DNA of 63,035 nt from Bacteroidaceae bacterium (GCA_045599425.1 JAZRVZ010000167.1:1-63035); one strand, 5' to 3'; counted from the stretch's first letter, positions 1-9,182 are shown. Notes: a model not told the origin generated them from the sequence alone. Program-made: numbers and translations.

Positions 1-2
1 CC

Positions 3-287
3 CTGCCCATCAAGCAGATCATCCTTGACCGCCTGACCATGGCAGCATCCGATCCGTACGTCCGTCAGTCCATGAGGGTTGAGGATGAGGTGATGAGTGC
101 CCTTGCCCGCCGCGATAACAAGATTGAGGAGCAGCAACTGACGATTGCACAACAGGCAGAAGAACTGTCCCAGAAGGATGAGCAACTCACACAGCAGGCA
201 GAAGAACTGTCGCAGAAGGATGAGCAGTTGTCGCAACAGGCAGAGGAAATCCGCAGATTGAAGGAATTGCTTGCCGGAAAGTCATGA
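3..287 (+). CDS. 3' end of a coiled-coil protein whose start lies upstream of the window
   Basis: The frame is open from the window edge to the stop at 285-287. The C-terminus is three near-identical QQAEELSQKDEQL units (Gln/Glu-rich coiled coil). No family assignment is possible. Confidence 0.5.
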   Translation: MPIKQIILDRLTMAASDPYVRQSMRVEDEVMSALARRDNKIEEQQLTIAQQAEELSQKDEQLTQQAEELSQKDEQLSQQAEEIRRLKELLAGKS

Positions 288-288
288 T

Positions 289-420
289 GTGAAGACTGAA
301 GTGAAAGGTCAGTGAAGGGTTGGTGAAGGGTAGGTGAAGTGTTGATGGCACCCTCCACTGCGTAAATCCCCAGTATTTGCTGGGGTTCTGGGCTTGTCAG
401 GTGAAGGGATGAAGGGTTAG
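289..420 (+). repeat. GTGAAGG-rich intergenic repeat element, copy 1
   Basis: Five to six GTGAAG(G) units, a CCCCAG-tatttg-CTGGGG hairpin, then GTGAAGGGATGAAGGG. A near-identical copy lies inverted at 38072-38190, with 28-bp and 23-bp identical blocks. Confidence 0.75.
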
Positions 421-463
421 CGGCTATTCACGACAATACCGCTTCTAACTCTTTGGTCTTAAA

Positions 464-503
464 CATTAATTATCATTAATCAGACATTAATTTGACCATT
501 AAT
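464..503. promoter_or_regulatory. four helically phased CATTAAT boxes upstream of the porin-like gene
   Basis: CATTAAT starts at 464, 474, 485 and 497 (spacing 10/11/12 bp) in an AT-rich intergenic region. Confidence 0.35.
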
Positions 504-669
504 TATTTATTGCAGTTCATCTCCTGCTATATGAAATTATTGAACCTTCTATACTAAGATTCTTTTCGGGATCGCGATTGCATGGGTATCGGTACTGCAA
601 ATGTTGGATGAACCTCATTATTCTTTCTTGTTTTGGCATGGTTTTCTTTGTGGGTTGATTATTTTGTAG

Positions 670-677
670 TAAATTTG
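670..677 (+). promoter_or_regulatory. Bacteroidota -7 promoter box (TAAATTTG)
   Basis: Matches TAnnTTTG, 20 bp upstream of the ATG at 697. Confidence 0.5.
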
Positions 678-696
678 CAGTTCAAACGACTTATGT

Positions 697-2097
697 ATGA
701 TTTTGAAAGGAATATATGCTTTTTGCCTTTCCGCGCTGGCTTTGCTTTGCCCGGGAATGGCCGTGGCCCAGGAACTTGAGGGGACGCTGAGGCTGACTCC
801 TCCGGCCAATCAGTCGGAGGAGATGGATGTGTTGGTTGATCCCTGGTCGGGTCTGGAGACGGTGACGGGCAATGGGGAACAGGTGTCCTTTGCAGCAGAC
901 GGAGAAGGGCAGGCATTCTGCATCGACCTGGATCTTCGCGGACGCGGTGAGTACCGTAACGGTTGGGGGACGCTCCGCTGGAAGAGGCAGAAACCGGCCT
1001 GGTTTGTGTCTGACCGTGCCCGTCTGTCCATGGGTTATTCGCGTGGCATACTGAGTGCCAGGGTAAGCGGTCAGCATGCGGGGATATGGGGCGATGAGAC
1101 GCTGGAAGGAAAGAAGGGGGCCTGGGGGCTGCATGAGGCATGGGGACGCGTGGATGCTCCCATGGGATTGTTTGTGCAGGTGGGCCGTCAGGTGCTTTCC
1201 TATGATGATGAGCGCATTCTGGGTGCAGAGGACTGGAATCAGTATGGCTTCACGCATGATGTGGTGCGCCTGGGCTATGAGCATGGCATGCACAAGGTGC
1301 ATGGCATCGTGGGGTTCAACCAGGCTGGCGAGAAGACGATTGGCGGTACCTACTATGATGGGGCGAAGCCATACAAGAACATGCAGTTCCTGTGGTATCA
1401 CTATGGCAATGGAGATCAGCCTCTGCAGTTCTCCCTGATGGGGTTGAACCAGGGACTGGAGATCGGTTCGGAGATGTTGCCCAAGACCGGGTACATGCAG
1501 ATGGTGGGCGGCTGGTTCCAGTACAGGCGCCAGGGCTGGTATGGCAAGGCTGAGGGATACTATGAGCTGGGGCATGACCAGGACCAGAGGGCGATGTCGG
1601 CATTCCTGGCTGGAGTCAGGGGTGGATATGATGAGAATCGATGGGGTGCCGTGGTCGGTGCGGATTATGTCAGCGGTTCCAAGTCTTCGCTGAGGAAGGG
1701 TACCAACAAGTGCTTTGACCTGTTGTATGGTTCTGCGCATTGCTTCTATGGCTCAATGGATTATTTCATGCGGGGCACCATGTTGTCCTGCGGACTGATT
1801 GATGCCACGGCATCCGTGCATGGCAGTCCGGTGTCAGGACTGGACCTGTCCGTGGACTATCATTATTTCATGACGGGTGTGAAGCGGGCCAGGCTGCACC
1901 GCCAGCTGGGGCATGAGCTGGATCTCCGCCTGCGTTACAATCTGCTGAAGGATGTGGCTGTGGAGGCTGGCTACAGTGTGATGATGCCCACCAGTGTGCT
2001 GGTATATTTCAAGGATGGCAGTTCCCAGTCCTGGCAGGACTGGGGATGGGTGTCCGTCTGCTTCTCGCCACGCCTGTTCTCGGCTAAATCCAGATAG
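697..2097 (+). CDS. outer-membrane beta-barrel / porin-like protein (alginate-export-like)
   Basis: Signal peptide with cleavage context AVA|QE. The rest is 466 aa, Gly/Tyr/Trp-rich with alternating beta-strand-like segments. The family call is tentative. Confidence 0.55.
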   Translation: MILKGIYAFCLSALALLCPGMAVAQELEGTLRLTPPANQSEEMDVLVDPWSGLETVTGNGEQVSFAADGEGQAFCIDLDLRGRGEYRNGWGTLRWKRQKPAWFVSDRARLSMGYSRGILSARVSGQHAGIWGDETLEGKKGAWGLHEAWGRVDAPMGLFVQVGRQVLSYDDERILGAEDWNQYGFTHDVVRLGYEHGMHKVHGIVGFNQAGEKTIGGTYYDGAKPYKNMQFLWYHYGNGDQPLQFSLMGLNQGLEIGSEMLPKTGYMQMVGGWFQYRRQGWYGKAEGYYELGHDQDQRAMSAFLAGVRGGYDENRWGAVVGADYVSGSKSSLRKGTNKCFDLLYGSAHCFYGSMDYFMRGTMLSCGLIDATASVHGSPVSGLDLSVDYHYFMTGVKRARLHRQLGHELDLRLRYNLLKDVAVEAGYSVMMPTSVLVYFKDGSSQSWQDWGWVSVCFSPRLFSAKSR

Positions 2098-2132
2098 GCA
2101 ACTTGCTCAGTTTCCAAAGGTACCGATAAAGT

Positions 2133-2171
2133 TATCCCCCGATAGAGAGGCTCTTTCGGGGGATATATTTT
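2133..2171. terminator. bidirectional intrinsic terminator hairpin
   Basis: TATCCCCCGA / TCGGGGGATA 10-bp stem with a 13-nt loop between two convergent genes, with a T-run on the + side. Confidence 0.6.
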
Positions 2172-2184
2172 GCCGCCGGGTTGT

Positions 2185-2400
2185 CTATCCGTTCTTGTGA
2201 CGGTTGGCTCGCTTGCGTCGTATGTCTGCCTTCATCTTGGCAGAACCGGAACCATGGGCACCGGTGATGTACTGTTTTTTCCTGGCCTTTGTCCTGACCT
2301 TCGGCTCTTCCTTGCCTTTTTCCTTCCTGGGACCTCCCTTGAAGGTGATGCCGCCACCCATGATGACGGCATCTATGTCGTCGCCTCCGAAGTTCGCCAT
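2185..2400 (-). CDS. small basic protein (71 aa), function unknown
   Basis: The ATG lies 5 nt after the stop of the upstream PurH-like gene. The protein is Lys/Arg/Gly-rich and the gene is followed by the terminator hairpin. Confidence 0.45.
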   Translation of the reverse strand: MANFGGDDIDAVIMGGGITFKGGPRKEKGKEEPKVRTKARKKQYITGAHGSGSAKMKADIRRKRANRHKNG

Positions 2401-2405
2401 AAGGA

Positions 2406-3587
2406 TTAGTGATGGAAAAGGCGGACGCCGGTGAAGGTCATGGCAATGTCGTACTTGTCACAGGTCATGATGACATGGTCGTCACGTACGCTTCCGCCGG
2501 CCTGGGCAATGTACTGCACGCCGGACTTGTGGGCGCGCTCGACGTTGTCGCCGAAGGGGAAGAAGGCGTCGCTGCCCAGGCATACGTTGGTGTTCTGGGC
2601 CAGCCACTCGCGGGTCTCCTGCTCGGTGAGGGGCTCGGGCTGCTCGGTGAAGAACTTCTGCCACTCGCCGTCACGCAGCACGTCATCGCGCTCGGGACCG
2701 ATGTAGATATCGATGGTGTTGTCGCGGTCGGCACGACGGATGCCGGGCACGAAGGGCAGGTTCATTACCTTGGGATGCTGGCGCAGCCACCAGATGTCGG
2801 CCTTGTTGCCGGCCAGGCGGGTGCAGTGGATGCGGCTCTGCTGGCCGGCACCGATACCGATGGCCTGTCCGTCCTTGACGTAGCAGACGCTGTTGGACTG
2901 GGTGTACTTCAGGGTGATGAGGGCGATGATCAGGTCGCGCCTGGCCTCTGCAGGGAAGTTCTTGTTCTGGGTGGGGATGTTCTGGAAGAGGGCATCGTCG
3001 GCCAGGTTGATCTCGTTGCGGCCCTGCTCGAAGGTTACGCCGAAGCACTGCTTGTGCTCAACGGGGGCGGGACGGTAGCCGGGGTCGATCTTGATGACGT
3101 TGTAGGTGCCCTTGCGCTTCTCGCGCAGTACCTGAAGGGCTTCCTCGGTGAAGGCGGGCGCGATGACGCCGTCGCTTACCTCGGGCTTGATGAGCAGGGC
3201 GGTGGGGAGGTCGCAGACGTCACTGAGGGCAATGAAGTCGCCGTAGCTGGACATGCGGTCGGCGCCGCGGGCACGGGCGTAGGCACAGGCCTGGGCACTC
3301 AGCTCACCGATGCTTTCGGGTACGAAGTAGATGTGCCTGAGGGTGTCGCTCAGGGGCAGGCCGACGGCTGCACCGGCAGGGCTGACGTGCTTGAAGCTGG
3401 CGGCTGCGGGCAGACCGGTGGCCTCCTTGAGTTCTTTTACTAACTGCCAGGCGTTCAGGGCATCCAGGAAGTTGATGTAGCCGGGACGGCCGTTCAGGAC
3501 CTCAACGGGAAGTTCGCCCTCCTCCATGTAGATGCGTGAGGGCTTCTGGTTGGGGTTGCAGCCGTACTTGAGTTCTAATTCCTTCAT
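2406..3587 (-). CDS. phosphoribosylaminoimidazolecarboxamide (AICAR) formyltransferase-domain protein, short PurH-like form
   Basis: MKELELKYGCNPNQKP...FKHVSPAGAAVG... matches the AICARFT half of PurH. At 393 aa it has no N-terminal MGS/IMP-cyclohydrolase domain. Confidence 0.8.
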   Translation of the reverse strand: MKELELKYGCNPNQKPSRIYMEEGELPVEVLNGRPGYINFLDALNAWQLVKELKEATGLPAAASFKHVSPAGAAVGLPLSDTLRHIYFVPESIGELSAQACAYARARGADRMSSYGDFIALSDVCDLPTALLIKPEVSDGVIAPAFTEEALQVLREKRKGTYNVIKIDPGYRPAPVEHKQCFGVTFEQGRNEINLADDALFQNIPTQNKNFPAEARRDLIIALITLKYTQSNSVCYVKDGQAIGIGAGQQSRIHCTRLAGNKADIWWLRQHPKVMNLPFVPGIRRADRDNTIDIYIGPERDDVLRDGEWQKFFTEQPEPLTEQETREWLAQNTNVCLGSDAFFPFGDNVERAHKSGVQYIAQAGGSVRDDHVIMTCDKYDIAMTFTGVRLFHH

Positions 3588-3641
3588 ATTATTTGTAACT
3601 GTTTTGTGTTGATGCTTGTTGTGTCAAGCTGCTGAAACGTG

Positions 3642-3666
3642 CAAGCCTCGCTTTCGGCGAGGCTTG
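3642..3666 (-). terminator. hairpin downstream of ssrA
   Basis: CAAGCCTCGC-tttc-GGCGAGGCTTG lies immediately 3' of the tmRNA acceptor end. Confidence 0.5.
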
Positions 3667-3672
3667 ACGATG

Positions 3673-4075
3673 GGTGGAGCTGGAGGGGATTGAACCCTCG
3701 TCCAAACAGGGAAACCCTGTGCTTTCTACACGCTTATTCCAGACTTGGTTTTCGAGTACAAGCAAGACCTGGACCACCAACCTGTACCTTATTCTCTAAA
3801 GATTCGCCATACGATAGAGACGTCTCGTGTGACTATTCCCGATTTTCCAGCACCGCTTGATCAGACGCCTCGGAACAAGAGCTTCTGAGCGATGTCTCGT
3901 CCCAGCACCTGGTGCCGGGATTAGGCCAGTAATCTACTGTACTTCGATCAGGCAGCGAGAGCGTAAGTGTTTTCGCCAGATAAATCTTTGAAAGCCATTG
4001 ATTATAGAGAGCGACCAACGACTCTCTGCGTGCTTACACAACGTTCCATCCCGCTGTCAAATCCATGTCAGCCCC
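3673..4075 (-). ncRNA. ssrA: tmRNA (SsrA)
   Basis: On the reverse strand the 5' end GGGGCTGACATGGATTTGACAGCGGG pairs with a 3' tRNA-like end GGTTCAATCCCCTCCAGCTCCACC. An internal tag ORF GGCGAAAACACTTACGCTCTCGCTGCC TGA encodes GENTYALAA plus stop (3977-3948). The terminal A of CCA is not encoded. Confidence 0.92.
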
Positions 4076-4099
4076 TTGATGCATAGTTGCTTTTCGATG

Positions 4100-4107
4100 C
4101 AAAGATA
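4100..4107 (-). promoter_or_regulatory. -7 box TATCTTTG for ssrA
   Basis: TAnnTTTG on the minus strand, about 25 nt upstream of the mature tmRNA 5' end. Confidence 0.45.
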
Positions 4108-4213
4108 CACTTTTCCTCTGGAAGTGCCAAATATCTGACTCCTTATTTGTACTTTATCCCGGTATCTGGGCGGATTGTATGCCTCTGCTGATGGTTTATA
4201 TGTAAAAATAGGC

Positions 4214-4221
4214 TATCTTTG
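4214..4221 (+). promoter_or_regulatory. -7 box TATCTTTG ahead of the EPS plus-strand operon
   Basis: TAnnTTTG about 110 bp upstream of the exporter ATG. Confidence 0.45.
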
Positions 4222-4330
4222 CAATAATTTGGGGCTTTTGTCGTTTTTATTAAAACGGTATTCCCCGCAGCGCCCTCTGGCAGGGCGGTGCCCCTGACAG
4301 GAAGAACAGAACGAAAATTTGTTTCAGACT

Positions 4331-6874
4331 ATGATAAAGAGAATCGCATTGATGCTGACCCTCCTGATGGTCAGCGTGGCCGGTGCACTGGCCCAGTCCA
4401 TGACGGATGATCAGGTCATCCGCTATGTGCAGCAGGAGCAGGCGAACGGCAAGAACCAGCAGACCATCGTCCAGCAGTTGCTGAAGAGGGGTGTGACGGT
4501 GGAGCAGCTGCGCAAGATCCGCAAGAAGATAGAGGCAGAGCAGGCCCAGCCGGGTGCTGTTGACCTGACGGGTGCCCGCCAGCAGAACGGCCAGAACCGT
4601 CAGCGCACGAACCAGGAGAGGGCGCTGGAGGAGCTGCAGCAGCGGAATGCCCGGATGGTGCAGTCGCGTGCAGAGCAGAACCGCAGGCTGACCCGTCAGG
4701 AGCGTCTGGACGGACTGAACGAAGAGATTGCCTTCATGGACATCGACTCCCTGATCTACTACCAGAACATGTTCCGGGATGAGAGTGCGGTGTTCGGCCG
4801 TGACATCTTCAACAATCCCTATCTTACCTTCGAGCCCAACCAGAACATGGCTACGCCGGCCAACTACCGGCTGGGTGCCGGCGACCAGGTGGTCATTGAC
4901 GTTTGGGGGGCCAGCCAGGAGGTGTTCGACTGTGTCGTCTCTCCCGACGGCTATATCGTGGTGGAGGGCGTGGGGCCCATCAAGCTGGGCGGACTGTCCG
5001 TGCAGCAGGCTACCTCCACGGTCAAGGCCAGGCTGGGACAATACTACAGTGACTGCAGCGTCAGCCTCTCGGTTGGTGAGACGCGCAGCATACAGGTGCA
5101 GGTGCTGGGCGAGGTGCAGGTGCCGGGCACGTACACCCTGAGCAGCCTGAGCAGTGCCTTCAATGCGCTCTACGCGGCCGGAGGTATCAGTGAGATAGGT
5201 ACCCTGCGTAACATCAAGGTTTACCGTTCCGGCCGTCAGGTCTCCACCATAGACGTCTATGACTATCTGATCAACGGCAATGCCGGAGGCGACATCCGTC
5301 TGCAGGACAATGACGTGGTGCTTGTCGGTCCGTACGACTGCCTGGTCAATGTGCGGGGTAAGGTGAAGCGCCCCATGTGGTATGAGATGAAGAGCAACGA
5401 GAGCGTGAAGCAGGTGCTGGCCTATGCCGGAGGCTTTGCCGGAGATGCCTATACGAAGAACGTGACCCTGATCCGCAAGCAGGGAAGCGAGTATTCCGTG
5501 CATACGGTGGATGAGTTCCAGATGGGCAGCTTCCAGCTTCGCGACCAGGATTCGATATCCGTGGACAGTGTGCTGGCGCGTTTCAGCAACCTGGTGGAGG
5601 TGCGTGGTGCCGTGAAGCATGCCGGACAGTTCCAGTTGGGTGGCAGCATCCAGACGGTGCGCGAGCTGCTCCTGGCTGCCGAGGGACTGCGTGAGGATGC
5701 CTTCCGCAGCCGTGCCGTGATGCACCGTGAGAAGGAGGACCTGACGCTGGAGATGGTGTCCGTGGACCTGGATGGCATCCTGGCCGGTACGGTGGCTGAC
5801 ATCCCCCTGAAGAAGAACGATGTGCTCTATGTGCCCAGTACGGTGGACATGAAGGGGGAGCAGACCTTCCAGATCCTGGGTGAGGTTATCTATCCCGGTA
5901 CCTATCAGTATGCGGAGAATACCTGTGTGGAGGACCTGATCCTGCAGGCCGGCGGTCTGACGCAGGCTGCCTCGACGGCCAAGGTGGATGTGTTCCGCCG
6001 CATCCGCAACGCGGAGGCCACGGAGAACAGCGAACTGATGTCGGAGGCGTTCAGCGTCACCATCAATGATGCCCTTCGTGCGGGGGACAGCATCTGTGTG
6101 CTGATGCCCTTTGACGTGGTGGTGGTGCGCAAGAGTCCTGCCTACAGCGAGCAGCAGAACGTGAAGGTGACCGGTAGCGTCAACTTTGAGGGAGAATATT
6201 CCATGACCAACAAGAACTACAGGCTGAGCGACCTGGTCAGGTCGGCCGGCGGCCTGTCTTCGCTGGCCTATGCCAAGGGTGCCCGTCTGGAACGCAAGAT
6301 GACGGACGAGGAGAGGCTTCAGCGTGAGAATGCCATGCGTGCCAGTCAGATCCAGATGTACGAGGAGGCCATGCAGAGCAACGACAAGAGCTACAACCTG
6401 AACCTGGCCGACTCGCTGCTTACCATGAAACTGGAACTCGGTACGACCTATCCCGTGGCCATTGACCTGGAGGAGGCACTGCAGAATCCGGGTGAGGGGA
6501 GTGACATCGTGCTGCGTGAGGGGGACGAGTTGATTATTCCCCAGTACAGCAATACCGTCAAGATCAGCGGTGAGGTGATGTATCCCATCTCCATGAGCTG
6601 GGAGAAGGGAAAGTCGCTCAACTACTACATCAAGCATGCCGGAGGCTATGGCAACCGGGCCAAGAAGAGCAATGTCTACGCGATATACATGAATGGAGCG
6701 GTTGAGAAGATCAACAAGTTCAGGTCCAGTGATATCCAGCCGGGCTGCGAGATTGTCGTGCCGACCAAGACGCAGAGCCATAAGATGACGACCGGCGAGG
6801 TAATGGCCGTGGCCAGTGGCGGTGCATCCCTGGCCAGCGTGGTTGTGGCATTGATCAGTATTTTGAAGAAATAG
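4331..6874 (+). CDS. polysaccharide export protein, long Wza/SLBB-repeat type
   Basis: Signal peptide ...AGALA|QS, followed by repeated soluble-ligand-binding beta-grasp-like segments (..GEV..PG.Y...) and a C-terminal hydrophobic helix. It lies directly upstream of Wzz. The ATG at 4331 is preferred over the TTG at 4319. Confidence 0.8.
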   Translation: MIKRIALMLTLLMVSVAGALAQSMTDDQVIRYVQQEQANGKNQQTIVQQLLKRGVTVEQLRKIRKKIEAEQAQPGAVDLTGARQQNGQNRQRTNQERALEELQQRNARMVQSRAEQNRRLTRQERLDGLNEEIAFMDIDSLIYYQNMFRDESAVFGRDIFNNPYLTFEPNQNMATPANYRLGAGDQVVIDVWGASQEVFDCVVSPDGYIVVEGVGPIKLGGLSVQQATSTVKARLGQYYSDCSVSLSVGETRSIQVQVLGEVQVPGTYTLSSLSSAFNALYAAGGISEIGTLRNIKVYRSGRQVSTIDVYDYLINGNAGGDIRLQDNDVVLVGPYDCLVNVRGKVKRPMWYEMKSNESVKQVLAYAGGFAGDAYTKNVTLIRKQGSEYSVHTVDEFQMGSFQLRDQDSISVDSVLARFSNLVEVRGAVKHAGQFQLGGSIQTVRELLLAAEGLREDAFRSRAVMHREKEDLTLEMVSVDLDGILAGTVADIPLKKNDVLYVPSTVDMKGEQTFQILGEVIYPGTYQYAENTCVEDLILQAGGLTQAASTAKVDVFRRIRNAEATENSELMSEAFSVTINDALRAGDSICVLMPFDVVVVRKSPAYSEQQNVKVTGSVNFEGEYSMTNKNYRLSDLVRSAGGLSSLAYAKGARLERKMTDEERLQRENAMRASQIQMYEEAMQSNDKSYNLNLADSLLTMKLELGTTYPVAIDLEEALQNPGEGSDIVLREGDELIIPQYSNTVKISGEVMYPISMSWEKGKSLNYYIKHAGGYGNRAKKSNVYAIYMNGAVEKINKFRSSDIQPGCEIVVPTKTQSHKMTTGEVMAVASGGASLASVVVALISILKK

Positions 6875-6908
6875 CAGAGGTGGGTTCCATAGATTAAGTA
6901 GTAAGGAA

Positions 6909-7961
6909 ATGGAGAAGAAACTTGATATCAAGGAGGTTGTTGCACTGTTGTGGGCAAGGAAGAAACTGTTTATCTGGGGTACGGTCATAGCCTTTGTCCT
7001 TTCCTGTGTATGGATTTTGCCGAAACCCCGGTATTATACCTCAACCGTGAGCCTTGCTCCCGAGACGGAGAATGGTGGCGATGTGGGTGGATCGCTCAGT
7101 TCGCTGGCTTCTTCCTTCGGCTTCAATATGGGGGGAAGTGCGTCGGGTGACGCCATCTATCCCATGCTCTACCCTGATATCCTGAGTTCATCGGATTTCC
7201 TGGTAAGTTTGTTTGATGTACGGGTGAAGGATTCAAAGGGCAAGGTTGATACGGACTATTATACCTACCTTACGGAACACCAGGAGGAATTCATCTGGTC
7301 CATCCCCCTAAACCGGTTCAAGCGATGGATGCGCAGTCTTATGCCCAAGGCCGAACCATTCACGCTGGACAATGGTCAGGGAGGGGAGCAGAAGGTCAAC
7401 CCTTTCTGTCTGACCGAGAAACAGGATATGGTGGTCAATGCGCTGCGCCAGAACATTGTAGGAGTGTTTGATCTCAAGACTGAGGTCATCACCATTTCCG
7501 TGACGGACCAGGACAAGCTGATTTGTGCAACGATGGCGGATTCCGTCAGAACCCGGTTGCAGAAGTACATCACGGACTACCGTACGAGCAAGGCACGCAT
7601 AGATGCCGACTATTACCGTGGTCTGGCAGACGAGGCCAGGCAAGGCTATGAACAGGCGGCCAAGGCTTACAGTGATTATTGCGATGCCCACCAGAACGTC
7701 ATCCTGCAGGCTTTCCTGTCCGAGCGTGACATGCTGGAGAACGACATGCAGACCAAGCTGAACACCTACACCGCCCTGGAAGCACAGTACCAGGCAGCAC
7801 TGGCCAAGATACAGCAGTGCACACCTGCCTTTACCATTATCCAGGGTGCCACCGTTCCCATCAAGCCTGCCGGTCCCAAGCGCATGATTTTCATTGCTGC
7901 CATGATGTTCCTGACTTGCCTGGGCATCTCTGTCTATGAACTCAGGAAGTATCTGTTCTGA
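6909..7961 (+). CDS. chain-length determinant (Wzz family) protein
   Basis: N- and C-terminal TM helices flank a helical periplasmic region, and the gene follows the exporter. Confidence 0.75.
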   Translation: MEKKLDIKEVVALLWARKKLFIWGTVIAFVLSCVWILPKPRYYTSTVSLAPETENGGDVGGSLSSLASSFGFNMGGSASGDAIYPMLYPDILSSSDFLVSLFDVRVKDSKGKVDTDYYTYLTEHQEEFIWSIPLNRFKRWMRSLMPKAEPFTLDNGQGGEQKVNPFCLTEKQDMVVNALRQNIVGVFDLKTEVITISVTDQDKLICATMADSVRTRLQKYITDYRTSKARIDADYYRGLADEARQGYEQAAKAYSDYCDAHQNVILQAFLSERDMLENDMQTKLNTYTALEAQYQAALAKIQQCTPAFTIIQGATVPIKPAGPKRMIFIAAMMFLTCLGISVYELRKYLF

Positions 7962-7994
7962 TCTTGTCCATTCCCCGTAATCCCGGTAGCATTC

Positions 7995-9128
7995 ATGTTC
8001 TCAGTTCCTGAAACCTTCTTTCTGTATACCTTGCTCGCAGTGGTGTGTCCCATGCTGTGCATGTTTTCAGAACGGACTGATTCCAAGTGGGGGGTATATG
8101 CTGCCTATGCACTGCTGATCCTGGTTTCGGTGATAAGGTTTGACATCGGGGCAGACTATGAGAACCATGCTACGATGTTTCTCAGGAGGGCACAGATACT
8201 GAATCATGGGACGCTTACCCTGATGGACTACCTGAAGCCGGAGCCTCTGATCTATCTGTTCATCTACCTCTACAAGGGGCTGGATTTCTGTTACGTTTAT
8301 GTGTTTGGAACGATATCCGTGGTGTCCATTGTGCTGATGTACAAGGCCCTGGACTATTACAAGGTGCATACTCTGGGCATATTGGTCTATATTGTTTCCT
8401 TCACGCTGTTCCAGTCCTGGGACTGGGCCAGACAGGGAATGGCATTGTCCTTCTTCCTGTTCTCGCTGAGGTATGCGGAGGCGCGTAATCCATGGAAGTA
8501 TCTGGCATGCATCTTCCTGGCCGTCATCTCGCATTATTCGGCATTCCTGCTGGTTCCCATGTATCTGGTGTATCGCTATACGCCGAGGCACCGGCATACG
8601 TCCATGGTCATCTGTGCCGTACTGTTCTTCATGTTTTGCCTGGTTGAGGTGGGCATCTTCAGTTCCCTGCATGAGCGACTGGTCTCGCTGATACCTTTCT
8701 ATGGACAGATATACAGCAAGACGGGTTATATGCAAAATGGCGAGGGAACCTACCATACCAGTACCTACATCATGTCGGTCCTGATCTATATCGCCATCAT
8801 CTTTTTCTCCAGGAAGGAACATGCGGGACTGGTGGCCTTGCTGGGCTTGGGGGCATTCGTCTACATCATTGCCGGCGGTAATCTGAACTTTACCCGCATG
8901 GCGTGGTATGCAACCAGCATACAGATTATCCTGATACCGAAGATCCTGATGGATAGCGACACAGTGAACTACAACAAGATGTTCGTGCGCTATCTGTATC
9001 TGTTCATGGTCATGTTTGCCATATTTGAATATGTGTACATCAAGTCCAACTTCCGTGACGTGGTGCCTTACGAGACGGTGTTCTCCGAGGAATTTGACCG
9101 GCAGCAGTTCCGGATAAGGGCGTATTGA
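7995..9128 (+). CDS. EpsG-family membrane protein (putative polysaccharide polymerase)
   Basis: Polytopic membrane protein with the RFDIGADYENH motif typical of EpsG/Wzy-like proteins. Confidence 0.7.
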   Translation: MFSVPETFFLYTLLAVVCPMLCMFSERTDSKWGVYAAYALLILVSVIRFDIGADYENHATMFLRRAQILNHGTLTLMDYLKPEPLIYLFIYLYKGLDFCYVYVFGTISVVSIVLMYKALDYYKVHTLGILVYIVSFTLFQSWDWARQGMALSFFLFSLRYAEARNPWKYLACIFLAVISHYSAFLLVPMYLVYRYTPRHRHTSMVICAVLFFMFCLVEVGIFSSLHERLVSLIPFYGQIYSKTGYMQNGEGTYHTSTYIMSVLIYIAIIFFSRKEHAGLVALLGLGAFVYIIAGGNLNFTRMAWYATSIQIILIPKILMDSDTVNYNKMFVRYLYLFMVMFAIFEYVYIKSNFRDVVPYETVFSEEFDRQQFRIRAY

Positions 9129-9182
9129 CAGTGAGGCAGGAAGAGTGAAGGACAGCGGAACGCGGAGTGAAAGGACAGTGGA

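Noticed and set aside
3589-4018. ORFs 3589-3780 (-), 3639-3860 (+) and 3833-4018 (-).
   Set aside because: They overlap the tmRNA gene, which has the acceptor arm, the T-arm and the tag reading frame GENTYALAA.
3673-4318. The idea that the EPS locus is an island integrated at the tmRNA gene.
   Set aside because: tmRNA-targeting islands insert at the 3' end of ssrA and leave a direct repeat of that end. Here the EPS locus lies on the 5' (promoter) side, and I found no duplicated ssrA 3' fragment.
4250-6988. A 912-aa ORF on the minus strand, antisense to the long Wza/SLBB exporter gene.
   Set aside because: This is a shadow ORF. It has a low-complexity Leu/Gly/His/Val-rich translation and is fully contained opposite a gene with clear homology-type motifs. 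It arises from strong RNY/GC3 codon periodicity on the sense strand.
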